A stretch of 64,000 bases of DNA from a virus: IMG/VR virus record IMGVR_UViG_3300028571_000009; one strand, written 5' to 3'. The first letter of the stretch is position 1; every line of letters starts with the position of its first letter. The notes beneath the pieces were generated by a model. That model was given only the letters and a program-made list of their open reading frames with translations, was not told the origin of the DNA and ran no database searches. A program made the position numbers and the translations under genes. This document shows positions 51,011 to 59,716 of this stretch, in pieces.

Positions 51011-52265
51011 ACAATACACAGACCTCCTCCAAGACATACTTGATAATGGAGTAAAAAAAGAAACGAGGAATGGTAAAACATTAAGTGTATTTGGCAGAAA
51101 CATTAGATATAAATTTAAAGATGGTAAATTTCCTTTACTTACAACAAAAAGGATTCCTTTTAAAACTATTGTAACTGAGTTATTATGGTTTCTAAGAGGT
51201 GATACAAACATCAAATACCTTGTTGACAACAATTGTCATATCTGGGATGGCGATGCTTATAAGGCCTCCCAGACTCGTAATGGTAAATGTTATTGTGGTC
51301 ATACATCGACTTGCGATTGTGGAGATATCTCGCAGAGTGAGTTTATTGAGCGAATCAAAAATGATGATGAGTTTGCTAAGACGTGTGGTGAATTAGGGCC
51401 AATTTACGGACGTCAATGGAGAAATTGGAATACAAATGCAATAAGTAGAAGAAGTTCTGGTACTATAAATGAAGATGGTATTGTAGAGAATATGATTTTT
51501 ATTGAAGATTCACCAATACATATAGACCAAATCGCAAACCTGATCAACGAACTTAAAACAAATCCAGACTCAAGACGATTAATGGTTAATGCTTGGAATG
51601 TAGGTGAATTAGATCAAATGGTTCTTCCACCTTGTCATTATGGATTTCAAGTTTATACAAGAGAGTTGAGTTTGGAAGAAAGGGAAAATTTGATGGATAA
51701 AATATATGGTTTAACAAAAGAAACCCGAATAGTACCTTGGAATATATTAGATATTAATAAAGCCAACATTCCAACAAGAACGTTCTCATTAATGTGGAAC
51801 CAACGTTCAGTAGACACATTCTTAGGTTTACCATTCAACATTGCTTCTTATGGTTTACTACTTGAAATAATTGCTAAAGCAGTTAATATGGTTCCTGATG
51901 AATTAATAGGAAACTTAGGTGATGTACACCTTTACAGTAACCATGTTGAACAAGCAAAAAAACAAATTGGTAGAGAGTTTACAGAAGAAGAAATACAAGA
52001 ACACTTAATGCAATCAGGTATGGATGCTTTGATGGAGAAACCAAGAATGGAATATATTTCCAAGCTACCAAAACGAACAAGAGAACCATTCCCATTACCA
52101 ACATTAAACATTAATACAGAATTCTGGCTCACCAAGACAGGTGAGTGTGGTGTTGGTGATTTGACTGATAATATCGATGCATTGATTAATGGGATGCAAG
52201 TCGAAGATTTCCAAATAGAAAATTATCAATCGCACGGGACAATTAAAGCACCGTTATCAAATTAA
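50955..52265 (+). CDS. thyA: thymidylate synthase with insertions (start probably at MTNTLDKQY)
   Basis: FPLLTTK, ELLWFLRG, LGPIYG.QWR, LPPCH, NQRSVDTFLGLPFN, DVHLYSNH. Confidence 0.95.
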   Translation: MMKSLEKVTTRTMTNTLDKQYTDLLQDILDNGVKKETRNGKTLSVFGRNIRYKFKDGKFPLLTTKRIPFKTIVTELLWFLRGDTNIKYLVDNNCHIWDGDAYKASQTRNGKCYCGHTSTCDCGDISQSEFIERIKNDDEFAKTCGELGPIYGRQWRNWNTNAISRRSSGTINEDGIVENMIFIEDSPIHIDQIANLINELKTNPDSRRLMVNAWNVGELDQMVLPPCHYGFQVYTRELSLEERENLMDKIYGLTKETRIVPWNILDINKANIPTRTFSLMWNQRSVDTFLGLPFNIASYGLLLEIIAKAVNMVPDELIGNLGDVHLYSNHVEQAKKQIGREFTEEEIQEHLMQSGMDALMEKPRMEYISKLPKRTREPFPLPTLNINTEFWLTKTGECGVGDLTDNIDALINGMQVEDFQIENYQSHGTIKAPLSN

Positions 52266-52268
52266 TTA

Positions 52269-52631
52269 GTGATGGAAATAAAAAAAGTAGATTACGAATT
52301 AGTAAAACAAACTTTTAAAGACCTAAAACCGGACCTATTAGATGAACACGCTACTTATTACGGTTGTTTAATTAAAGATGAGTTAGCAGGAATAGTTTCA
52401 TATGTTGAACATGAATCTGTTATTTATTTATGTCATGCATATGTTAAAGAAGACTATAGAAATAGAGGCATATATAAAATGCTTTGGAATTACAGAGACT
52501 CAAAGATACGAGAGTCTGAAAAGGTAGTTTATTCCCATTGTAATGTCAATAGTCTAAAATATTTTATAAACAATGGATATGAAATAGAAAAAGCATTATT
52601 TAAAGTTATAAAAATAGATAAACAGTTATGA
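52269..52631 (+). CDS. GNAT-family acetyltransferase
   Basis: AYVKEDYRNRGIYKML, SLKYFINNGY. Confidence 0.8.
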   Translation: MMEIKKVDYELVKQTFKDLKPDLLDEHATYYGCLIKDELAGIVSYVEHESVIYLCHAYVKEDYRNRGIYKMLWNYRDSKIRESEKVVYSHCNVNSLKYFINNGYEIEKALFKVIKIDKQL

Positions 52632-53050
52632 AATTACAAGAATTAAAAGAATGGATAGAATCATTACCGGTTGAATTTCTTGAATACCCAGTTGTATTTG
52701 GTGAATCTATAGATATCGACACGGAATCATGTTATCGAAGGGACTCTGCTATAGAATTGCTATACATCGATGAGGCTGTAGATTGTAAAAGAGCAGTGTT
52801 GGGTGTCGACCTAACACCGCCCGGCGCTATACCATCTCTTGTGGCGGCTACGCAGGAGTTAATTGATAAAACTCTTGAACTTCTCGAACCTACAGTATGC
52901 ACCAAAACAACCGTACAATTCCGTTTTCCAAATGAGACAGAGTATAATGAGCTAAAATGTTTTGATTTTGCTGACTTTGTAGAAGATACAGTATTCGAAA
53001 ATGAGATATCGGGTATGTATACAGGTTCATTCATCATTATTAAGAAATAA
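52628..53050 (+). CDS. hypothetical protein
   Basis: ORF track; ATGA overlap. Confidence 0.55.
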   Translation: MKLQELKEWIESLPVEFLEYPVVFGESIDIDTESCYRRDSAIELLYIDEAVDCKRAVLGVDLTPPGAIPSLVAATQELIDKTLELLEPTVCTKTTVQFRFPNETEYNELKCFDFADFVEDTVFENEISGMYTGSFIIIKK

Positions 53051-53136
53051 CATATCGCTGACCTTCTTAGGCAGCGATTAAGAGCTTGGTTTCTTCAAGT
53101 AATAATCTTATATTAAATACATAATAAAGCAGTTAT

Positions 53137-53361
53137 ATGATAATACCATCAATAGGCGGTACACCGCCCGAACCAAAGCAAATTGATTTCTCCAAAACGA
53201 CCGATATTCTATGCGAATGCGGAAACGATGTATTCATGCCGATGATGAAGTTTAAGAACTTATCAGCAATTGCAAGTCCTAACGGTAAAGCAGGTATAAT
53301 TCCTTGTGAATGCTACGTTTGTACAAAATGTGGTAACATACCTCCGGAATTAGATATATAA
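53137..53361 (+). CDS. small zinc-ribbon protein
   Basis: CECGN...CTKCG; promoter motif 53086-53115 upstream. Confidence 0.7.
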   Translation: MIIPSIGGTPPEPKQIDFSKTTDILCECGNDVFMPMMKFKNLSAIASPNGKAGIIPCECYVCTKCGNIPPELDI

Positions 53362-53374
53362 CAATATTTATATT

Positions 53375-53473
53375 AAACCGAAGGGTTACCCGGGTTGTGT
53401 TAGTTTCGCAACTACAATGCACCCGGGTTTTTTGATACAGTTTTTGATATTTATATGTAGCGAAACTAACACA
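53375..53473 (+). ncRNA. HNH-associated structured RNA element, copy 3
   Basis: AACC-GAAG-GGTT; CCCGGGT/ACCCGGG stem plus U tract; 14-bp loop-leader complement. Confidence 0.7.
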
Positions 53474-53474
53474 T

Positions 53475-54416
53475 ATGAATTACCAAAGAATCTACGATTC
53501 AATTATCAATAATGCAAAGTTATTAGAAGAATCAAGAAAATTACAAAAGAAACAAAAGCTAAATTATTTCGAACGACATCATATTCTACCAAAATGTTTG
53601 GGTGGAAATAATGATAAAAGTAATCTAGTTTATTTGACTGCGAAGGAACATTACTTGTGCCATCGACTACTTGTCGAAATTTATCCCGAAAATAGAAAGT
53701 TGAAATATGCTATTTGGGCCATGATGCGTACAAATACCGAACAACGTAGATACACTCCATCATGTAGAATATATGCTATCATCAGAGAAGAATGGCTTAC
53801 GGCTTTTATTTTAGATAGAAATACCGTTGAATCCAAAAAGAAAATATCAGCAGTACATAAAGGGAAAGTCGTATCAGAATCCACCCGAGATAAAATACGT
53901 GCAGCCCGTAAATTGCAGATACATTATCCCAAAACATTAGAACAAATTACTAAAACTATTAACACCAAGCGTAGATTGGGCAAGCTGGGGCATTCGGGTG
54001 AAACTAAAAGACGTATATCAGCGGCGAAGCTAGGTGGTAAATATCCGCCCATGACTGCGGAACATAAACGAAAAATACAAACTGCTCTGAAAGGTAAGTT
54101 ACGCAGTAAGAGTATATGTCCGCATTGTACTAGATTAGTATCAACGAATAATCAGTATCATTTTGACCGCTGCAAACGCAAACCCGGGAATGAACATATT
54201 ATATTTATACGGTGTAGGTCTAAAAAAGAGTGTCCGTTTTGTAAGTTGATTGTAGATACTGGTAACCGTGTACATTTTGATAATTGTAAGCTTAAGCCGG
54301 GGTATGTATATGTTAAACGTCCGGCGATTAAAGTGACATGTACATGGTGTAACAAAATTGTCGCAAAAGGTAATAGATATCATTTTGCAAATTGTAAAAA
54401 AAATCTTATATTATAG
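53475..54416 (+). CDS. HNH homing endonuclease with NUMOD3-like and CxxC repeats
   Basis: N-terminal ~80 aa nearly identical to ORF 35117. Confidence 0.85.
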   Translation: MNYQRIYDSIINNAKLLEESRKLQKKQKLNYFERHHILPKCLGGNNDKSNLVYLTAKEHYLCHRLLVEIYPENRKLKYAIWAMMRTNTEQRRYTPSCRIYAIIREEWLTAFILDRNTVESKKKISAVHKGKVVSESTRDKIRAARKLQIHYPKTLEQITKTINTKRRLGKLGHSGETKRRISAAKLGGKYPPMTAEHKRKIQTALKGKLRSKSICPHCTRLVSTNNQYHFDRCKRKPGNEHIIFIRCRSKKECPFCKLIVDTGNRVHFDNCKLKPGYVYVKRPAIKVTCTWCNKIVAKGNRYHFANCKKNLIL

Positions 54417-54419
54417 ATA

Positions 54420-54893
54420 ATGGCAACAAGAAAAAAGGTTAATCCGGACTTACCCAAAGTAATGTCCCTATTTGACCACCTAAGTAATCTTAAAGGTAAG
54501 AAAACTCCATGGGCTAAATTATCAGAATCTGACCGTAAGAGTTTCAGCTCGTATATGGTCAATAGATTTCTGAGTATGAATACTGACTATATTGACCTAG
54601 TTAACCAATTGCAAAAATACACAATCGGGTTTCTAGATAATCAGACGGTGTATCAATTATATTGTGATATCTTACCGGTTGATAGGTCGTTTTCTAAATA
54701 CATAAAAGGTAGTAAGGAAGATAAATATGAGCCAGAACTTGTAGAACTGGTAAAAAGGAATTATCTTTCCAGTAAAGATGAAGCCGAAGAATATATCGAC
54801 TTATTAATTCAAACGAACCATAAAGATGAACTCATTAAGATTCTTAAGAAATTTGGAAAGTCTGATAAGGAAATTAAAAAACTTATTCCATAA
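54420..54893 (+). CDS. clamp loader small subunit (gp62-like)
   Basis: FSSYMVNRFLSM.. motif; separated from the large subunit. Confidence 0.65.
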   Translation: MATRKKVNPDLPKVMSLFDHLSNLKGKKTPWAKLSESDRKSFSSYMVNRFLSMNTDYIDLVNQLQKYTIGFLDNQTVYQLYCDILPVDRSFSKYIKGSKEDKYEPELVELVKRNYLSSKDEAEEYIDLLIQTNHKDELIKILKKFGKSDKEIKKLIP

Positions 54894-54896
54894 AAA

Positions 54897-55313
54897 ATGA
54901 AAACATTTGTAGTAGGAGATATACATGGTGCACATAAAGCACTTGTTCAATGTCTGGAACGTTCCGGCTTTGATAATGAAACCGACACGTTAATATCATT
55001 AGGTGATATTGCGGATGGTTGGTCGGAGGTATACGAATGCGTTGAAGAATTGCTGAAAATCAAGAATCTAATTGCTATAAAAGGTAATCACGATGATTGG
55101 GCATTAGAGATGATGCAATTAGGTAGACATCCATCGCTAGAACAAGGTGGAAAAGCTACTAGAGATTCATATGAAAAACATTGGCGTGAAGGTGGACAAT
55201 ACCACCCAGAATCCCATTTGAATTTCTTTAAGTACCAGCATCTTTATTATATTGATGCCGCGAACCGATTATATGTACATGGTGGATTCAATAGGCATTT
55301 CTCATTACGATAA
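54897..55313 (+). CDS. calcineurin-like metallophosphoesterase, apparently C-terminally truncated
   Basis: GDIHG, LGDIAD, GNHD, HGG; final GH motif absent. Confidence 0.7.
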   Translation: MKTFVVGDIHGAHKALVQCLERSGFDNETDTLISLGDIADGWSEVYECVEELLKIKNLIAIKGNHDDWALEMMQLGRHPSLEQGGKATRDSYEKHWREGGQYHPESHLNFFKYQHLYYIDAANRLYVHGGFNRHFSLR

Positions 55314-55374
55314 CAACATTAGTGTACGTAGCAAAACATGAATATCACATTAATAAATTAAAACAATAACAGTT

Positions 55375-55599
55375 ATGACAAAGCAACCAATGCACGTAAC
55401 CGAAGGCAATTTCGGTGGTAAAATCGCAAACTTCAGCAATGCCGAGGAACGCGTTCAAGAACAGAAACACTTGAAGGCATATCTGGCCGGGTATGAGTAC
55501 TACAGAAATGGGTATAAGATGGTAGGCAATGAAAACCACAAAATCAAGGTAACAAACTGGTTACCGGTTTCTAGATTAGAAGTAGAAAATACTAAGTAA
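55375..55599 (+). CDS. hypothetical protein
   Basis: ORF track. Confidence 0.5.
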   Translation: MTKQPMHVTEGNFGGKIANFSNAEERVQEQKHLKAYLAGYEYYRNGYKMVGNENHKIKVTNWLPVSRLEVENTK

Positions 55600-55600
55600 T

Positions 55601-56320
55601 ATGCTGATAGGAATTAATGGAAAAATAGGAAGTGGCAAGGACACCGTAGGAAGTATGATTCAGTACTTAACTTCTGAATGTTCAAATCCTAATGGTAAAT
55701 ATTTCCGAACATATCAACAATTCGTAGAGAACGGTAACCCGGGTAATAACGATTTTCAACACTGGTATGAGTCGGATTGGGAAATCAAGAAATTCGCTGA
55801 GAAGCTAAAACAAGTAGCGAGTTTACTGACGGGCATCCCACGATATAAGTTCGAAGACCAGGAATTCAAGAAGACCTACTTAGGACCTGATTGGAATATT
55901 TACTTTCCTAATGAAGATAGACCAGAACAAATGTCTGTAAGAACTATGTTGCAGAAACTAGGTACCGAAGCACTTCGAGACGGTCTTCATACTAATACAT
56001 GGGTAAATGCCTTATTCAGCGAATATACATGCTTAGATGACACTAATAGAGCGTCTATGGGCAATGTTATTGATTATAGCGATTGTGAGTTTCCTAAATG
56101 GATAATCACCGATATGAGATTCCCTAATGAATTACAATCGGTAATTGACCGCGGCGGTATTACTATCAGAGTGACGAGACCGGGAACGGGTGTCGGTAAC
56201 CATCCATCAGAGACTGCATTAGATGCGTATACTATGAATTACGAGATTGTCAATGATGGTACATTAGATGATTTGCTAAATAAAGTACGAGCTATACTAG
56301 GTAACTTGAATATTATTTAA
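55601..56320 (+). CDS. deoxynucleoside monophosphate kinase (T4 gp1-like)
   Basis: GKIGSGKDT, FAEKLK, RTMLQKLGTE, ITDMRFPNE, HPSE. Confidence 0.9.
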   Translation: MLIGINGKIGSGKDTVGSMIQYLTSECSNPNGKYFRTYQQFVENGNPGNNDFQHWYESDWEIKKFAEKLKQVASLLTGIPRYKFEDQEFKKTYLGPDWNIYFPNEDRPEQMSVRTMLQKLGTEALRDGLHTNTWVNALFSEYTCLDDTNRASMGNVIDYSDCEFPKWIITDMRFPNELQSVIDRGGITIRVTRPGTGVGNHPSETALDAYTMNYEIVNDGTLDDLLNKVRAILGNLNII

Positions 56321-56331
56321 TATATTTAAGA

Positions 56332-57294
56332 ATGTCTAAAAAGAACTTAGCAGACTTAGGGGTCTTACTGCGGGCAACAATTCCCGATAGAAAACCGACT
56401 GATGCTACAATATCATACAGCCAATTTTCAATGTATCAACAATGTCAGCATCATTGGAAGCTACAGTATATTGATAAGATACGAATAGGCGGTCCGAACA
56501 TGTCTCTAGTCTTCGGAACGGCTTTCCACGAAACACTACAAGTTTATCTATATACTCTTTATCATAAGTCGGCTAAAGAAGCTGACCAAATGAATCTCCC
56601 GGAGCTATTACAACAGCGAATGGCTGAGACATACGAGATAGAAGTCCACGCAAATAATAACGGTGAACACTTTTCCACTCCGCAAGAAATGGGTGAGTTC
56701 TATGAAGACGGTATAGAAATATTAACATTCATTCGTAAGCATAGAGCTGATTACTTTAAGGTAATGGGCTGGGAATTACTTGGTGTCGAAATGCCAATAT
56801 ACATTCAAGCAATTGAGAGTAATCCGAATGTTATAATGAATGGATTTATTGACCTAGTGCTTCGTGATACTGTGAATGACGAGATTTGGATATTTGATAT
56901 TAAGACATCTCGTATGGGATGGAATAAGTATCAGAAGGCTGATAAGGGGAAGACCGCACAGCTGGTGCTATACAAAGAATATTTCGCAAAGCAATATGGT
57001 TATAACATTGATAAAATCAATGTGAAGTACTTTATCGTAAAGCGAAAGACTCTTGCTGAAAGCATGTATCCACAAAAGAGAGTGCAAGAATTCGAACCAT
57101 CATCAGGTAAAGTAACTAGAAAGCAATTAGCCGTACAATTTGAGAAGTTCATTACGGAATGTTTTAATCCGGACGGTACTAAGAATACTAATAAGAAGTA
57201 TGTTGCATTTACTAATAATGCAAAAAATTGTAAATGGTGCCCATTTGCAACCAAGTATGACCTTTGCCCGAAAGAAAATAGAATAAATAAGTAA
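56332..57294 (+). CDS. PD-(D/E)xK (RecB/Cas4-like) exonuclease
   Basis: SYSQF...C, FGTAFHE, GFIDL, DIKT, QLVLY, C-terminal CKWCPF. Confidence 0.85.
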   Translation: MSKKNLADLGVLLRATIPDRKPTDATISYSQFSMYQQCQHHWKLQYIDKIRIGGPNMSLVFGTAFHETLQVYLYTLYHKSAKEADQMNLPELLQQRMAETYEIEVHANNNGEHFSTPQEMGEFYEDGIEILTFIRKHRADYFKVMGWELLGVEMPIYIQAIESNPNVIMNGFIDLVLRDTVNDEIWIFDIKTSRMGWNKYQKADKGKTAQLVLYKEYFAKQYGYNIDKINVKYFIVKRKTLAESMYPQKRVQEFEPSSGKVTRKQLAVQFEKFITECFNPDGTKNTNKKYVAFTNNAKNCKWCPFATKYDLCPKENRINK

Positions 57295-57295
57295 T

Positions 57296-57793
57296 ATGGT
57301 TCAGGAAATTCCATTTAATAAACTCTTTAATGTATATGCCTGTAAAGGTATGCTTGAAGCTAGGCGCTCACAGAAATCTGACATTACTAAAGTAGCAATC
57401 ATAGGTAGTAGAAACTATCAAAGCACCACTAAGATTCGGGATATGATATTCATGCTCAAGCAGAAATTTTCTGGTAAGGTTGAAATTATATCAGGGGGAG
57501 CGGCCAATGGTGCTGATAGATATGCTAGAAAATATGCATTAGAATTAGGCGTTGATTATGTAGAATTTAATCCGGCACACACTGTTAGGAATTTATATTC
57601 AGCAATGCCTGACGGGTATTATGGGCAGGAGTTTCACGTGTCACAATTATTTCACAGAAATGAATTGATTGCCATATATTGTGACCAAATGATAGCATTC
57701 AGAAGTGTAGGTAAATCGAATGGTACCGACCATGCCGTTAAAATGTCAGAAAAATATGGTAAACCGTTTGTAATCATAGGAGATAAGGTATAA
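57296..57793 (+). CDS. SLOG/YspA (DUF2493)-like protein
   Basis: IIGSR, IISGGA.NGAD, RN..I, SNGT. Confidence 0.75.
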   Translation: MVQEIPFNKLFNVYACKGMLEARRSQKSDITKVAIIGSRNYQSTTKIRDMIFMLKQKFSGKVEIISGGAANGADRYARKYALELGVDYVEFNPAHTVRNLYSAMPDGYYGQEFHVSQLFHRNELIAIYCDQMIAFRSVGKSNGTDHAVKMSEKYGKPFVIIGDKV

Positions 57794-58080
57794 TGGAAAT
57801 AAATAAAACAATACACTCAGAGCTAGCTAAATTATTCTGGACGCCTGATTCTAGAATGCTATACCAGGATTATGTAAAGATGACTGATAATGATTTAGTT
57901 CGCTATGACCCACATTATCAGGATTGGTATAAGGACATGGTAGAAAATGATGGCGACGCTAGATATTACGATGTATTTTATATTGGTGATAAACATGAAC
58001 CTAAAATATTATGGAAAGGTCACATAAATAGTGTAGACCAATTTAAAAGAGTTTGTGAACAAATTAAAGAATTACAATAA
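57793..58080 (+). CDS. hypothetical protein
   Basis: ORF track. Confidence 0.55.
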   Translation: MEINKTIHSELAKLFWTPDSRMLYQDYVKMTDNDLVRYDPHYQDWYKDMVENDGDARYYDVFYIGDKHEPKILWKGHINSVDQFKRVCEQIKELQ

Positions 58081-58271
58081 TGAAAGCATTTCTAATCTAC
58101 GCACTTAAATGGCAGCTCGGTATAGTTGTTGCCGTACCGTCAATGTATTTCTTTCATGATTATCTTGGTTGGAATAATATCTACACCACAATTGCTTTCC
58201 AATGCATTGGCGCCTTGGTTTTTTGGAACGTGGATAAATGGATATTCACGAAGATAAATACAGCACAATAA
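58080..58271 (+). CDS. small membrane protein
   Basis: two hydrophobic helices. Confidence 0.55.
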   Translation: MKAFLIYALKWQLGIVVAVPSMYFFHDYLGWNNIYTTIAFQCIGALVFWNVDKWIFTKINTAQ

Positions 58272-58323
58272 ATTGGTATCTAAAATACTTTTCTTATATT
58301 TATATTAAATAAAGTTACGAACA

Positions 58324-59709
58324 ATGCAAACAAAGAAAAAGAAAATTCTCTTGCTCTCCGACGACCTTCGTCTTAATTCGGGGATAGGAGTAGTATCCCG
58401 AGAATTAGTATTAGGTACATGTCACAAATTTGATTGGGTACAACTAGGTGCCGCGATTAAGCATCCTGAATCAGGTAATGCGGTCGATCTAAGTGAATCA
58501 ATCCGAAAAGATTTCAATATCCCAGACGCATCAGTCAAAATATATCCATCCGACGGATATGGTAATTTAGATGTAATCAGAAATCTTATTAATATAGAAC
58601 AACCTGATTGTATCTTGCACTTCACCGACCCGAGATTCTGGACATGGTTATATGCTGGTGAACATGAATTGCGTCAATCATTACCCTTAGTATATTTGAA
58701 CATTTGGGACAATTGGCCCGCACCGATGTGGAATAAACCATATTACATGTCCTGTGATATGCTGATGGGTATTTCTAAACAAACTGTAGCAATGAATAAA
58801 GCCGTCCTTAAGGGTGAGGGATACATGGATTGGCAATTGCCGTACTTACCACACGGTATTAATGATAAAGTATATTTTCCGATACGTCAGGAAGATACTG
58901 AAGCATATGCTGAAATGCAAGCTCACCGGACAAAGATGGGGATTGCGGAAGATGACTTCGTAGTATTTTATAATGCTAGAAATATTAGACGTAAACATAC
59001 TTCTGATGTTCTATTAGCATTTAAGGAGTTCGTTAATGTATTGCCAAAAGAAAAAGCGAATAAATGTGTGTTACTAATGCATACACAACCGCTTGATGAA
59101 AATGGTACTGACTTATACGCTACACAAGCCGCATTACTTCCAGAATGTAGAATCATATATTCTAGTACCCAGGTACATCCTAAGGTATTAAATTATGCAT
59201 ACAACATTGCAGATGTAACTATTAACCTAGCCTCTAATGAGGGGTTCGGTTTAGGTACGGCCGAATCAGTGATGGCCGGTACACCAATTATCGTAAATGT
59301 AACCGGTGGATTGCAAGACCAATGTGGATTTAAGAAACATGATGGTTCATTTCTAACGGTAGATGATTACTCAGAAGAGTGGGGTAGTAATAATGATGCG
59401 AAGTATAAAGAATGCGGTGATTGGGCCTTCCCAGTATTTCCCGCAGTTCAAACTATGCAAGGTTCTATACCAACACCATACATATGGGACGATATAGCTT
59501 CATATAAAGATGCAGCTGCAAGGTTACTTGAAGTGTATGAGTTGGGATATGAAGAACGAAAAGGTCGTGGATTAGCCGGTCGCGAACATTTCCTTAAGGA
59601 TGAAACAATGCTAAGTGCTGTCAATATGAGTAACGCATTTATCAAGTATATTGATACAGCATTAGAGCAATGGACACCAAGAGAAAGATTTACATTAGAA
59701 TTAGTATAA
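58324..59709 (+). CDS. GT4-like glycosyltransferase
   Basis: ARNIRRK, NEGFGLGTAESVMAGTP, TGGLQDQ. Confidence 0.9.
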   Translation: MQTKKKKILLLSDDLRLNSGIGVVSRELVLGTCHKFDWVQLGAAIKHPESGNAVDLSESIRKDFNIPDASVKIYPSDGYGNLDVIRNLINIEQPDCILHFTDPRFWTWLYAGEHELRQSLPLVYLNIWDNWPAPMWNKPYYMSCDMLMGISKQTVAMNKAVLKGEGYMDWQLPYLPHGINDKVYFPIRQEDTEAYAEMQAHRTKMGIAEDDFVVFYNARNIRRKHTSDVLLAFKEFVNVLPKEKANKCVLLMHTQPLDENGTDLYATQAALLPECRIIYSSTQVHPKVLNYAYNIADVTINLASNEGFGLGTAESVMAGTPIIVNVTGGLQDQCGFKKHDGSFLTVDDYSEEWGSNNDAKYKECGDWAFPVFPAVQTMQGSIPTPYIWDDIASYKDAAARLLEVYELGYEERKGRGLAGREHFLKDETMLSAVNMSNAFIKYIDTALEQWTPRERFTLELV

Positions 59710-59716
59710 TAAAGTT

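Noticed and set aside
56332-57294. Cas4 as part of a CRISPR system
   Set aside because: No array or other cas genes are present; solo Cas4-like nucleases are common in phages.
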